Origin: Candidatus Latescibacterota bacterium
GTDB lineage: Bacteria; Latescibacterota; UBA2968; UBA8231
Reading direction: 5' to 3'
Assembly: GCA_022825835.1 (NCBI GenBank)
Contig: JAJDVZ010000156.1
Span: 17,825-81,824, forward strand
Length of the DNA: 64,000 nt
Shown in pieces: positions 18,411 through 28,092 of the stretch. Position numbers and translations under genes: made by a program. Position 1 is the first letter of the stretch. Each line of letters begins with the position of its first letter. The notes under the pieces are model-generated. The model was not told where the DNA came from and made no database searches. It saw nothing but the letters and a program-made list of their open reading frames with translations.

Positions 18411-20418
18411 CCCGTCCTCGGCAGCCTCTATGGGCCGGCGCGAGTTGGGGATGGCAGGCGGTCTCTTGCTCTTGGCTTTGGTCGTGCGGCTGGTCTATCT
18501 GGAGCACAGCCAAGACAATCCCTTTTTCTCGGCACCGGTAGTGGACGCCCACTCCTATGTGGCGCAGGCGCGGCAGCTCGTTGAGGTGTCTTGGGTGGGA
18601 GACAAGCCCTTTTGGCAGCCGCCTTTATACCCCTATTTTCTCGCCCTGATCTACGCCGTTTCCGGCGACTTGTTCTGGACGCCCCGATTTATTCAGTTCC
18701 TCTTGGGGGTAGCCTCCTGTGCCTTGGTGTTTGGCATCGGTCGGCAGGTATTTGGTACCCGAGTCGGTCTCTTAGCTGGGGCTATGGCCTGTCTATACGG
18801 ACCCTCTATCTATTTTGAGGGAGAGTTGCTACCCACCGCGCTGGCCGTTTTTCTCAATCTCCTGTTGCTCTTTGTCCTGCTCCAGCCCGACTGGGGACGG
18901 GGACAGGCTCTAGTCTCGGGCCTCGTCCAAGGCTTGGCCATAGTCGCCGTGCCCAATGCGGCCCTGTTGGCTCCTTGCGCCTGCCTGTGGTACTGGAAAA
19001 GCACCGAGCGAGCCGTGCGGAGCAAGCTGGTCTGGTGCCTGCTTTTTGCGGCGACCGCCAGTGCAGTGGTCGGCGCAGTAACGGCGAGAAATTGGGTGGT
19101 CAGTGGCGAGTTCATCCCCTTGTCTTGGAACGGCGGTGTAAATTTCTACTTGGGCAACCATCCCGATTACGACCGCTTGGTGGGGATCCGCCCAGGGCCG
19201 GAATGGGAGGGCTTAATGGAGCAGCCGATGGCAGCGGGCTATGAGGGATACGCCGAGCGGTCGGCCTATTTCTACCGACAAGCCGGCGACTGGATCGCCA
19301 GTGCGCCTGGGGATTTTGTGCGGTTGTTGGGGTACAAGGTGTTTTTGTTGGCGCGGGGCGAGGAGATCAAGCGCAACCAAGACGTGTACTTCGCCCGCAC
19401 CTATTCCTCGCTGATGAGCGTCTTGCTGTGGAAAACCCACCACTTTGCCTTTCCTTTTGGGCTGCTGGGGCCCTTGGCTGCTGTGGGTATAGTGCTGGCT
19501 TGGCGGCACCGACCCGAGGCGAGTTTGCTGCTACTCTGCACCGGCGCGTACAGCGCCTCGCTCCTGCTCTTTTTTATAACCGGACGCTATCGCCTGCCCT
19601 TGGTGCCGCTGCTGCTGCTCTTTGCCGGGTACGCCCTGATCTGGCTGGTGCAACAGGGGCAGGCCCGACAGTGGCGTCCCTTGGGGATCGGTGTGGCTTT
19701 GGTCGTCTTGCTGGGGATCGCCGCCAACGCTGGCCTGCGTCCGGTCGATCCCTTGGCCGACGCGGAAATACACTTTGATTTGGGACGCGTCCAAGCCCAA
19801 CAGGGACAGTATGCGGCTGCGGTGCACTCCTTTGGGACAGCCGTGCAACTCGATCCAAATCACCTGCGCGCCCACCACAATCTGGGCGCGGCGCTGGCGG
19901 TGATGAAGCGCTACGACGAGGCCGAGGCAGTTTATCAGCAGGCCCTGGCGCAAGCGCCCGAAGATCGGGGGCTGCACCTCAACCTGGCGGCTCTGTACCG
20001 AGCTACGGGACGCTACGAGCAAGCGGTGGAGCACTACCGCCGAATTTTGGCAATAAAGGCCGACGCAGCGGTTTTTCTGGCGTTGGGAAGGGTTTATAAG
20101 AGAATGGGGGTAACAGAGCAGGCCCGGGAAGCCTTTGCGGCGGCGCTACGTGGCGACGAAGTGCGGGCGCAGGCGGCCAATGAACTGGGCTTGATCGAGG
20201 TCCGACAAGGGGCGTTGGAGCGGGCGGTTGATTATTTTGCCATGGCACTAAAAGCCGCGCCCGGCAATCACTTGATTGCCTTTAATTTGGGGGCGGCCTA
20301 CCACGACTTGGGCCGATTCGACAAGGCGGCCGAGTTCTATCGCCTAACCCTGAGCTTGGCCCCTGAGTACGCCAAAGCCCAGCGCGCGTTAGCGCGATTG
20401 CAGCGGCATCAGCCCTGA
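18403..20418 (+). CDS. Polytopic GT39/ArnT-like membrane protein with C-terminal TPR repeats
   Basis: The ATG at 18403 overlaps the upstream stop (ATGAATAG). The N-terminal half has many TM helices plus PLYPYFLALIY and FGIGRQVFG, typical of GT39/PMT_2-like proteins. The C-terminal third has at least 5 TPR-like A/Y/L-rich repeats. Confidence 0.7.
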   Translation: MNSPSSAASMGRRELGMAGGLLLLALVVRLVYLEHSQDNPFFSAPVVDAHSYVAQARQLVEVSWVGDKPFWQPPLYPYFLALIYAVSGDLFWTPRFIQFLLGVASCALVFGIGRQVFGTRVGLLAGAMACLYGPSIYFEGELLPTALAVFLNLLLLFVLLQPDWGRGQALVSGLVQGLAIVAVPNAALLAPCACLWYWKSTERAVRSKLVWCLLFAATASAVVGAVTARNWVVSGEFIPLSWNGGVNFYLGNHPDYDRLVGIRPGPEWEGLMEQPMAAGYEGYAERSAYFYRQAGDWIASAPGDFVRLLGYKVFLLARGEEIKRNQDVYFARTYSSLMSVLLWKTHHFAFPFGLLGPLAAVGIVLAWRHRPEASLLLLCTGAYSASLLLFFITGRYRLPLVPLLLLFAGYALIWLVQQGQARQWRPLGIGVALVVLLGIAANAGLRPVDPLADAEIHFDLGRVQAQQGQYAAAVHSFGTAVQLDPNHLRAHHNLGAALAVMKRYDEAEAVYQQALAQAPEDRGLHLNLAALYRATGRYEQAVEHYRRILAIKADAAVFLALGRVYKRMGVTEQAREAFAAALRGDEVRAQAANELGLIEVRQGALERAVDYFAMALKAAPGNHLIAFNLGAAYHDLGRFDKAAEFYRLTLSLAPEYAKAQRALARLQRHQP

Positions 20419-20517
20419 GAAGCTGAGCGCCACACTTAGGGCTATCAGACATTTGATGCTGCGGCTGGTGCGGGCCGGAGTTGCCTCGGGCAGTTGACTA
20501 AGGGACTACTAGAACCA

Positions 20518-20934
20518 CTAACACTTAGGAAGCCACTCAATGGCGACGAGGGATTCGACCCGGCTAAATTCCTCGTCGCCGGTCACGAGAGGGACGCTCT
20601 TGGTCTGAGCCAGAGCAGCAGCGAAGGCATCGGCGTAGGAGAGCGGGAAACGGGCCTTGATATGGGCGGCAGACAGGGTATGGGTGCGGTCGGCTATTAC
20701 CATGTCCACCGGCAATTGTTCTACAGCCGCTAGAACGTTGCGGCTGTGGGCTAATCCCCGTTCGCGCTCGGTGATGTAGAGAACTTCCCCCAAGTTGACG
20801 ATGGACATCCACAGGCGGCTTGGGCCTGTTGCTGCCTGGCTGAGCAGGGATTTAACCTGAAGGGCACCCGCTTCATTCTCCAGATAGGCTAAGAGCGCGT
20901 AACTGTCGAGCACGCGGTCTCCGGGATCATTCAA
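20518..20934 (-). CDS. vapC: PIN-domain toxin (VapC family)
   Basis: VLDSYALLAYLENE...NLGEVLY...SYADAFAAALA...LVTGDEEF places the conserved PIN acidic residues. Overlaps the upstream antitoxin gene by 8 nt. Confidence 0.85.
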   Translation of the reverse strand: MNDPGDRVLDSYALLAYLENEAGALQVKSLLSQAATGPSRLWMSIVNLGEVLYITERERGLAHSRNVLAAVEQLPVDMVIADRTHTLSAAHIKARFPLSYADAFAAALAQTKSVPLVTGDEEFSRVESLVAIEWLPKC

Positions 20935-21160
20935 TACGACGGTCCTCGGCGCGCTGGGTGAGGAGGGCTTCCACTAGGGATGTTGGACCCGCGAGCATTC
21001 CTTGGGCTTCTTCGATGGGATCGCCGAGGGCGGGCACGAGGGCTAAGCCACCGCCGTAATCGACAATACGCACTTGGTCGCCGGGCTGCAGGCGGTATTT
21101 CTTGCGCAGCGGTGCCGGAATGACGATCCAGCCTTTGGCCGATATGCGGGCCGATGCCAT
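20927..21160 (-). CDS. vapB: AbrB/SpoVT-type antitoxin (VapB family)
   Basis: Start moved to the ATG at 21160 (MASARISAKGWIVIPAPLRKKYRLQPGDQV is an AbrB swapped-hairpin motif). Translationally coupled to vapC. Confidence 0.8.
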   Translation of the reverse strand: MASARISAKGWIVIPAPLRKKYRLQPGDQVRIVDYGGGLALVPALGDPIEEAQGMLAGPTSLVEALLTQRAEDRRIE

Positions 21161-21206
21161 ATTGCTCCGTTCTGTTGGGTTAATCCATCGATAGCGGGAT
21201 ATAGAT

Positions 21207-21233
21207 GTTATACATTTCACAAAAAAGTATAAC
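21207..21233. promoter_or_regulatory. Inverted repeat GTTATAC-N13-GTATAAC upstream of vapB (candidate operator/promoter)
   Basis: 7-bp perfect inverted arms in an AT-rich stretch 47-73 nt upstream of the vapB start. TA antitoxins commonly autoregulate through such sites. Confidence 0.3.
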
Positions 21234-21345
21234 AAACGACGAATAGAGTCAATGAGTGCAGTTGTTGAGCAAGACAGTATGGCCCGCTACATTTATGCGG
21301 TCTTTGGGTGGGATAACTCTTGCTAACGGGCCAAATTGGAGAGCT

Positions 21346-22059
21346 ATGAACTTACTGCGAAAATGCGCCGCCGAATTCATCGGCGCGTTTGCCATTGTCT
21401 TTGCTGGCTGCGGCGCTGTGGCCATTGACCAGATTTCCGGAGGGGCGGTTAGCCACGTGGGTGTTGCCGCCACGTTTGGGTTGGTCATTATGGTGATGAT
21501 CTATGCCACCGGCCACATTTCTGGGGCGCATTTCAACCCGGCGGTGACCCTTGCATTCGCGCTGACTCGACATTTCCCGAAAAGGGAGATTGCGCCCTAT
21601 ATCTTGGCTCAGTGCGCCGGGGCCGTGGTGGCTAGCTATATACATGTGGCGAGTTTGTCGTCGGTGCTGGCCGTCACTCAACCTAAGCAGGTACTGAATT
21701 TAGGGGTCACCCTGCCGGTGGACGGCCTGTTCACCACGGCTCTAGTGTGGGAATTCATGCTGACTTTTTTGCTGATGCTGGTCATTATGAGCATGGCGAC
21801 CGATTTTCGCGCTGTGGGACCGGCGGCTGGTTTGGCCATTGGCGGCACTGTGGGGCTGGAGGCCATGTTCGCCGGGCCGCTGTGCGGGGCCTCGATGAAT
21901 CCAGCCCGCAGCTTGGGTCCGGCCCTAGCGGCCGGCGAATGGACGGCTTTTGCTGCATACATCATTGGCCCAGTGCTAGGAGCTGCGGCTGGTGCGCTAT
22001 TCTACGAATTCATTCGCTGCCAAGCGCCTTCCGACCAAGAAGTGAAGGGCTGTTGCTGA
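21346..22059 (+). CDS. MIP-family channel (aquaporin/glyceroporin-like)
   Basis: Two NPA boxes (HISGAHFNPAVTLAF and GASMNPARSLGPA) and six hydrophobic helices. Start set at the ATG at 21346 (MNLLRKCAAEFIG). Confidence 0.9.
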   Translation: MNLLRKCAAEFIGAFAIVFAGCGAVAIDQISGGAVSHVGVAATFGLVIMVMIYATGHISGAHFNPAVTLAFALTRHFPKREIAPYILAQCAGAVVASYIHVASLSSVLAVTQPKQVLNLGVTLPVDGLFTTALVWEFMLTFLLMLVIMSMATDFRAVGPAAGLAIGGTVGLEAMFAGPLCGASMNPARSLGPALAAGEWTAFAAYIIGPVLGAAAGALFYEFIRCQAPSDQEVKGCC

Positions 22060-22082
22060 AGCCGATTAGCACAACATAAAAA

Positions 22083-22115
22083 GCCCTGCATCCCTCGACG
22101 GAGTGCAGGGCTTTT
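22083..22115. terminator. Bidirectional intrinsic terminator hairpin between convergent genes
   Basis: GCCCTGCA-N13-TGCAGGGC, flanked by AAAAA on the 5' side and TTTT on the 3' side. Confidence 0.7.
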
Positions 22116-22134
22116 GGTCTTAGGGCCGCTAGCG

Positions 22135-24918
22135 CTATAGATCGAAACTCAAGCGCCCGTAGTAGAATCCACCGTTGGTGCCAAACTGCGTCACTCGTCG
22201 GCTGTACACAAAACCACGAGAGCCGATATTGGCGTCTTTTTCATGTTCATCTGGGAAGGTATTCAACAGATTGTTGGCACCTACCGACAGACGCAGACCC
22301 GGCAACATTTGGTACGACACATCTACATCGAGTAAGGTTTTAGCCGAGAAGGTCTCGTCGTTGGCTTCATTGTTGGGCTTGTACTCGACCGGCCCGTAAT
22401 TGGTGGCCCGGATTAGGGCGCTAAATTCATCTTGGGAATAGCGCGCCGACAAGCTGACCTTGGTGCGCGGCAGGGCGTCTTCGAGGCGGTTGCGCGCCTC
22501 CCGATCGAATAGCAGGCCTTCGATGGCCGTGCGCTCTTCAGCCGTGGCTTGCCGATTGTTGGCCTTCTCAAAGGCCGCGATAAGCCCCTCGGGAATCATG
22601 ATCTCGTCCACTGAGGTCTGGGTGAAATTGGCCGCTGCCGATAGGCCTAGGGCACCTGCCCCCACGGGAGCGCTATACGAGGCGACTAAGTCCACGCCGC
22701 TGGTTGAGGTGTTTACAGAATTGGTAAAGAACTGGGCTGCTGTCGCCCGGAAAGGGGCCAAAATGGCGGCGTAGCCCTCGTTGCTATCGGAGAAGCGCCC
22801 GGTCAACACGATCCGGTCTTCGATGGCAATCTGGTAGTAGTCGGCAGTAAGTGAAAAATTGTCCATCAGTTGGGCGGTGATGCCCGCGCTGGCATTGACC
22901 GAGGTTTCTGGCTCCAGCGCCCCGATGCCGAAGGCTTTGGCAACGGGGCTGCTGTTGTTGGCGGTAAGCACCTCGCGAGGCACCAACTCGCCGGTGACCT
23001 CATCGGCGACGAATTGGGTACTGACGCTATTGAACCACACTTGGTGCAGGGATGGGGCGCGGAAGCCGTTGCTGGCAGTCGCGCGCAGGGCCAGCGCGTC
23101 GCTCAGGGCTAAGCGCAAGGCCAGTTTACCGGTGGCTGTGCTGCCAAAGTCGCTGTACTGCTCAAAGCGTCCGCCCACATCGACCGTCAGCATGGCCGAC
23201 GCTTGCGTTTCCAAGCCGGCGTAGGCGCTGATGCTGTTGCGGAAGCGATTGAGCGCGCTGGCCGGGGAAAATCCCCGAAATACCTGTGCACCGGAGGCTT
23301 TGCCCTCTTCAAAATTGGTTCCGTCCACTGGCCCGCGACCATAGGAGTAGGACTCGAACTGGCCAGCTTCAATCTGGTAGTTTTCGACGCGGAACTCGCC
23401 GCCGAGCACCAGGGAAGTGCGCTCGAACATGTCTGTGTCGAGGGGCCGCACCAAGTCCAAGTTCCCCGAGGTCTGGTTGAAACCAAGCCGCCCGGCGTTG
23501 ACGGAGGTAGGGCTGTCGGCCCCCATGGAAGCGTTGTTGGTGTTTTCGATATTCCACTTGAAGCCGTTGCCGCCTTGGGTCACGCTGAAGTCCACGTCCC
23601 ACTTCCCCTTAGCCCCGCGTACGCCCGCGCTGAACGAGCGGTCTTCGATGTCTGGATTGATCTGGGGCAGGAAGCCGTTGGGGTACAGCTCAAAGACCAC
23701 CCGATTCGGCTGGCTTCCCGGCAGGCGATAGAAGCCCGTCGCCTCGCCCCGGCGGTACGACAGCCCGCCAAAGCTGTAGAATTCGGCATCGCCAGCTAGG
23801 GGATACGCGGCGTTGTAGAAGGCCCCACCCACCGTGGCTTTGCTCTGGCCGATGTTCATATTGAAAGCATCGTCCGGCAAGTTGTTGTCTTTGATCCACT
23901 GGATGTTGGCGTCATCCGCGTCTGCGGTGTACTGGCCGCCGCGGCGCGTGCGATCGCGCTTTAAAAATTCGCCGGTGACGTTGATGTAGCCACCGTCGCC
24001 CAGACCGAAGCCATAGTTTACATCGGTCTTGACTTGATCGCCATCGCCTTCGCCCGTAGTGCCGACCAAGTTGTTGATCTGGATTCCTTCGGTGTCGTCT
24101 TTGAGGACGATGTTGATCACTCCGGCGATGGCGTCCGAGCCGTACTGGGCTGCGGCACCGTCGCGCAGAATCTCAATGCGCTCGACCGCGGCTTTGGGAA
24201 TGGAATTGAGATCGACGCCCACGGTGCCGCGACCGAAGGTGCCGTTGACGTGTACTAAGGCGCTGGAGTGGCGGCGCTTGCCGTTGATTAGCACTAGCAC
24301 TTGGTCAGGCCCCAAGCCGCGCAGGCTGGCTGGGTTGATGTGATCGGTGCCGTCGGAAATCGTCTGATGCGAGGCGTTGAAGGAGGGAGCCAATTGGCGC
24401 AGCGTCTGGTTGATCTCGGTTTGGCCGGATTGGCGAATCTCGAGTTCGGAGATGACATCGACCGGGGCCGGCGTCTCAATAGCGGTGCGCACCGTCCGCG
24501 AACCGACGACGACGAATTCTTCGCCCAAGGCGACGGGGCTAGCATTCAGGGAAAAATCAACAGTCGATGTCTCCCCGACAGTGACTTCGACGCTTTGCTT
24601 GGCGGCTTGGTAGCCGATGAAGGTCGCTTGTAGGGTATAGGAGCCGGGCGGGACCGCTAGGAAAAAGGTGCCGTCGTCGCCGGTCATCGTGCCCCGCACC
24701 GTGCCTACTAGGTTTAAATTGGCGTTGGGCAGCGGCGTGGCGTCTTCGCCATCGGTCACCGTGCCACGGATAATGCCCTGTTCTTGTCGCGCCGCTATGT
24801 CGAGTGCCTTGAGGACGTCGGTCACGGCGTCTTGGATGGTACCCTGTTGGGCCCAGGCAGGTAGTGTCGCCAGCAGCACTGCGCCCAACGACGCGCGGAA
24901 AAAGGATTGCAAATTCAT
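22135..24918 (-). CDS. TonB-dependent receptor with N-terminal carboxypeptidase-regulatory-like domain
   Basis: Start moved to 24918 (MNLQSFFRASLGAVLLATLPAWAQ; SD GGGAGGAC). GTVTDGEDATPLPNANLNL...YTLQATFIGY matches CarbopepD_reg. Plug motifs (VVVGSR, LRGLGPDQVLVLINGKR, IEILRDGAAAQYGSDAIAGVINIV) and a long beta-barrel. Confidence 0.9.
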   Translation of the reverse strand: MNLQSFFRASLGAVLLATLPAWAQQGTIQDAVTDVLKALDIAARQEQGIIRGTVTDGEDATPLPNANLNLVGTVRGTMTGDDGTFFLAVPPGSYTLQATFIGYQAAKQSVEVTVGETSTVDFSLNASPVALGEEFVVVGSRTVRTAIETPAPVDVISELEIRQSGQTEINQTLRQLAPSFNASHQTISDGTDHINPASLRGLGPDQVLVLINGKRRHSSALVHVNGTFGRGTVGVDLNSIPKAAVERIEILRDGAAAQYGSDAIAGVINIVLKDDTEGIQINNLVGTTGEGDGDQVKTDVNYGFGLGDGGYINVTGEFLKRDRTRRGGQYTADADDANIQWIKDNNLPDDAFNMNIGQSKATVGGAFYNAAYPLAGDAEFYSFGGLSYRRGEATGFYRLPGSQPNRVVFELYPNGFLPQINPDIEDRSFSAGVRGAKGKWDVDFSVTQGGNGFKWNIENTNNASMGADSPTSVNAGRLGFNQTSGNLDLVRPLDTDMFERTSLVLGGEFRVENYQIEAGQFESYSYGRGPVDGTNFEEGKASGAQVFRGFSPASALNRFRNSISAYAGLETQASAMLTVDVGGRFEQYSDFGSTATGKLALRLALSDALALRATASNGFRAPSLHQVWFNSVSTQFVADEVTGELVPREVLTANNSSPVAKAFGIGALEPETSVNASAGITAQLMDNFSLTADYYQIAIEDRIVLTGRFSDSNEGYAAILAPFRATAAQFFTNSVNTSTSGVDLVASYSAPVGAGALGLSAAANFTQTSVDEIMIPEGLIAAFEKANNRQATAEERTAIEGLLFDREARNRLEDALPRTKVSLSARYSQDEFSALIRATNYGPVEYKPNNEANDETFSAKTLLDVDVSYQMLPGLRLSVGANNLLNTFPDEHEKDANIGSRGFVYSRRVTQFGTNGGFYYGRLSFDL

Positions 24919-25121
24919 GGGTCCTCCCGTTAAAAATGAATGGATTTTGCGCCTCCAACGGCGCAAAAAGGTCAAACTATAGACCATAGGGAAATACGTG
25001 GTTTTAGCAAGAGCATTTGGTAACAAAATAAAGGCTATGACGTTTCGGTTTCAGCACTATCTTATATGCCAACGATTGCATCCTTGAAATTCACATTCCG
25101 ACGATTTGAGGAGAACGAATA

Positions 25122-25937
25122 ATGCGCGTGTTGATCATGTCCGACATGGAGGGCGTAAGTGGCATTGTGGTGTGGGATCAGGTCAGCGGTGGTGCCGCGA
25201 TGTTTGAAGAGGGCCGACAGCTCTACACGGAAGAAATCAACGCCGCGGTGCGCGGGGCCAAAGCCGCTGGCGCGACGGAAATTGTCGTGGTCGATTGCCA
25301 CGGTGCGGGCAAAGGATGGAGCTTTAATTCGCTCATCCCCGACAAAATTGATCCCGATTGCGAATGGGTCGCCCATCATGGGTGGGGACGCTACGACGAG
25401 TTGTGGGAGCAAGGATGCGACGCCTGCCTGCTCATCGGCATGCACGCCCGCGACGGCACCCCCGACGGGGTGCTGTGCCATACCATCTCCAGCGTCCAGT
25501 ATCGAAATCTTTGGTTCAACGACGATCTCGTCGGGGAGACCGGCGTCAACGCCGCGCTCAACGGGCACTATGGGGTGCCGATTGCCCTCGTTACCGGCGA
25601 TGAGGCCGTCTGCCGAGAAGCCAAAGTCCTGCTCGGCGAAGCGCTGCCAACCGTGGCTGTTAAAAAGGGACTGAGTCGGTTTAGCGCGCGCCAGCTACCA
25701 CCCGTCCGCGCTCGTCAGTTGATCGAAGACGGGGCTAAAAACGCGCTTGCCGATCTGACCCAGACTAAGCCGTATGTCCCGGCAAAGCCAACGACCATAA
25801 AAATCGAACTCGCCAGTGTCGATCAACTCGCCGAGTTCAAGGGACGACCTGGCGTTGAGATTACGGGGCCGCTCTCGGTTGAAAGCCGCGCAGAAGATTG
25901 GCTGACCGCGTGGAATCAATTCTGGCCTCATGCTTAA
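25122..25937 (+). CDS. Peptidase M55 (DppA-type D-aminopeptidase) family protein
   Basis: N-terminal MRVLIMSDMEGVSGIV resembles Bacillus DppA (SxDMEGxxG). 271 aa. SD GAGGAGAA. Confidence 0.8.
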   Translation: MRVLIMSDMEGVSGIVVWDQVSGGAAMFEEGRQLYTEEINAAVRGAKAAGATEIVVVDCHGAGKGWSFNSLIPDKIDPDCEWVAHHGWGRYDELWEQGCDACLLIGMHARDGTPDGVLCHTISSVQYRNLWFNDDLVGETGVNAALNGHYGVPIALVTGDEAVCREAKVLLGEALPTVAVKKGLSRFSARQLPPVRARQLIEDGAKNALADLTQTKPYVPAKPTTIKIELASVDQLAEFKGRPGVEITGPLSVESRAEDWLTAWNQFWPHA

Positions 25938-25998
25938 GCGAAGACACACTGCGCGATCTGTTCGGGATTGGAACGAGGTTTAAACGAGGAGCTGAGCG

Positions 25999-27006
25999 AT
26001 GTCGAGTGAAGCGAGAAAGGTTTACGACGAGGCGATTGTCATAGACGGTTTGAACGTCAGCAACTGGGAGAGCGACGCGGTGTTCGAGCGTTTGCGAGTC
26101 GGCAATATCACCGCCATCAACGCCACGGTGGCAACGTGGGAGAATTTCGTGCAGACCATGGCGCACCTAGCGGCGTGGATGCGGCGTTTTCGCGAGCGCC
26201 AAGACATCTTGCAGGTGAAGGAGACGGCCGACATTTACGCCGCTAAGAAACTCGGCAAAACCGGGATCATCCTCAGTTTTCAGAACGCCTCGCCCATCGA
26301 GAACGAGTTGGATCGCCTGGGGTTGTTCCTCGCCCTCGGGGTGCGGGTGATTCAACTGACCTATCACGAGACCAATCTGCTGGGCAGCGGCTGTTGGGAG
26401 CGGAACGATTGTGGCCTGAGCAACTTCGGCGTCGATGCAGTGCGCGAGATGAACCGGCTTGGCATTGTCATCGACTTGTCGCACGTCGGCCCGAAGACGA
26501 CGATGGACGCCATTGAGATGTCCGAGCAGCCGGTTGCGATCACCCATGCCAATGCCCGCAGTTTTTGCGGCCACCCGCGCAACAAGGAAGAAGAGGCGCT
26601 CAAGCTCCTCGCCGAAAAGGGGGGCGTCGTGGGTGCCACGTCGTTCGCCAACTTTCTTCCCAAGGGATTCGATTCGACGGTCGAGGATTTCGTCGATGCC
26701 ATCGACGACATGGTGGAGCGGATCGGCCTCGATCACGTGGCCATCGGCACGGATTCCACCCACGATCAGCCGCTCGAATTCTGGCATTACATCGTATCGC
26801 AGCAGGGCACGAAATTCCCCTCGACCTTTGCCGATGGGTCGGTGCCGTACACGGAGCTGAGTTTTCAACCCAAGGGGATCGACAGCCCAGCGGAGTTCCC
26901 CAATTTGGCGGAGACCCTCGCCAATCGCGGGTACCGGGCCGAGGAGATCACCAAGCTGTTGGGCGGAAACTGGATGAGTCTCTTCGAGCGGGTGTGGAAC
27001 GTCTGA
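25999..27006 (+). CDS. Peptidase M19 (membrane/renal dipeptidase) family protein
   Basis: DLSHVG...PVAITHANAR...HPRNK, GGVVGATSF and DHVAIGTDS match the M19 core. The N-terminal motif reads IDGLNVSN rather than the canonical IDGHND, so it may belong to a divergent subfamily. Confidence 0.75.
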   Translation: MSSEARKVYDEAIVIDGLNVSNWESDAVFERLRVGNITAINATVATWENFVQTMAHLAAWMRRFRERQDILQVKETADIYAAKKLGKTGIILSFQNASPIENELDRLGLFLALGVRVIQLTYHETNLLGSGCWERNDCGLSNFGVDAVREMNRLGIVIDLSHVGPKTTMDAIEMSEQPVAITHANARSFCGHPRNKEEEALKLLAEKGGVVGATSFANFLPKGFDSTVEDFVDAIDDMVERIGLDHVAIGTDSTHDQPLEFWHYIVSQQGTKFPSTFADGSVPYTELSFQPKGIDSPAEFPNLAETLANRGYRAEEITKLLGGNWMSLFERVWNV

Positions 27007-27077
27007 AGGAGGAGGGCACTCCAGTGAGCAGGGCTATAGCAGTGGCCGTCGCCGCACAGCCGACCTGTGGGACGCGG

Positions 27078-28010
27078 TCAGGGCGCGAACTCGTGTAGAT
27101 CCGCAATCCAGTTGTATCCCTCTCGGTCCTCCCATTTGTGGGCCCCGCCCATGACGAACGGTCGCTTGTCCACTACGCAGGCCGACAGCCAGGCCTTGCC
27201 CACTGGCATGGGCGCGTCTTCGAACCAGCGGTCGGCTTGGATGTCGTAGATTTCGGTGGCTGCTGAGTAGTGCGGGTCTTTGCCGCCAAAGGTGTAGAGC
27301 AGATCGCCCAATACGCAGGAGCCGGACGATTCGCGTCCAGTAGGCACCGGTGCCAGCGCTTCCCAGCGGCCCACCGCTGGATCGAGCACATAGGTCTCGC
27401 TGCGGCAAGGCCGCTGTGGATCTTCGTCGCTGATGCCGCCGGTCAGGTAAATGCGGTCGTCGTGAGTCACTACGGTGGGACCCTGCGTGGGACGGGGTAG
27501 GGCCGGCCCTGGGGCCCAAGTGTCAGTGGCGATGTCGTACACTTCGACGCGGTCGAGGATGCGCTGGTCTTCGCGGAGCATGGTGTTGCCTCCGATGGCC
27601 CATATCTGGTCCTGACAGGCGGTGACGGCCAAGCCGGCGCGGGGTCCGCCGGGCATGGGTGCCAGCGCCGACCAGGTCTGCTCGTCCAAGTCGAGCATTT
27701 CCAAGTTGTCGCGGGAAGTGAAATGATAGTCGTGGCCGTAGGCTTTCTTTTCTTCAGGCGTGCGGATGGTTTTGCCGCCGGCCACGTAGATCCTGCGGTC
27801 GATGCGGGCGGCACCCAGCCATCCTCGCTTAGTGGGAATGGGCGGTCCTTGGGTCCAGGTGTCGCTGGCCACATCGTAGATCTCGACCGCATCGACCGTG
27901 AGATCGTCGGCACCGGAAATGGCGTAGATGGTGCCGTCGACCGCAATGGACTGTAGGTCGTGGCGGGGGGTGGGCATAGGGGCGCGTTGAATCCAAGTTC
28001 CCATGGTCAA
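27078..28010 (-). CDS. Kelch-repeat beta-propeller protein
   Basis: Six repeats of the R..h..a.....IYv.GG......v..YD...d.W pattern. No signal peptide. Confidence 0.8.
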   Translation of the reverse strand: MTMGTWIQRAPMPTPRHDLQSIAVDGTIYAISGADDLTVDAVEIYDVASDTWTQGPPIPTKRGWLGAARIDRRIYVAGGKTIRTPEEKKAYGHDYHFTSRDNLEMLDLDEQTWSALAPMPGGPRAGLAVTACQDQIWAIGGNTMLREDQRILDRVEVYDIATDTWAPGPALPRPTQGPTVVTHDDRIYLTGGISDEDPQRPCRSETYVLDPAVGRWEALAPVPTGRESSGSCVLGDLLYTFGGKDPHYSAATEIYDIQADRWFEDAPMPVGKAWLSACVVDKRPFVMGGAHKWEDREGYNWIADLHEFAP

Positions 28011-28092
28011 CTCCTAATGTCGGTTCGGTTTAGTGTGGTGGCGCAGCCAATTCTGCCGGGAAACCGCTCTCTTGTCTGTCGTCCTCGGGCTT

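Noticed and set aside
24919-25121. Possible riboswitch (for example cobalamin) in the 5' region of the TonB-dependent receptor
   Set aside because: There is only a short 7-bp hairpin (TTGCGCC...GGCGCAA). No B12-box-like or other riboswitch core motif is recognisable, and the region is too short and AT-rich.
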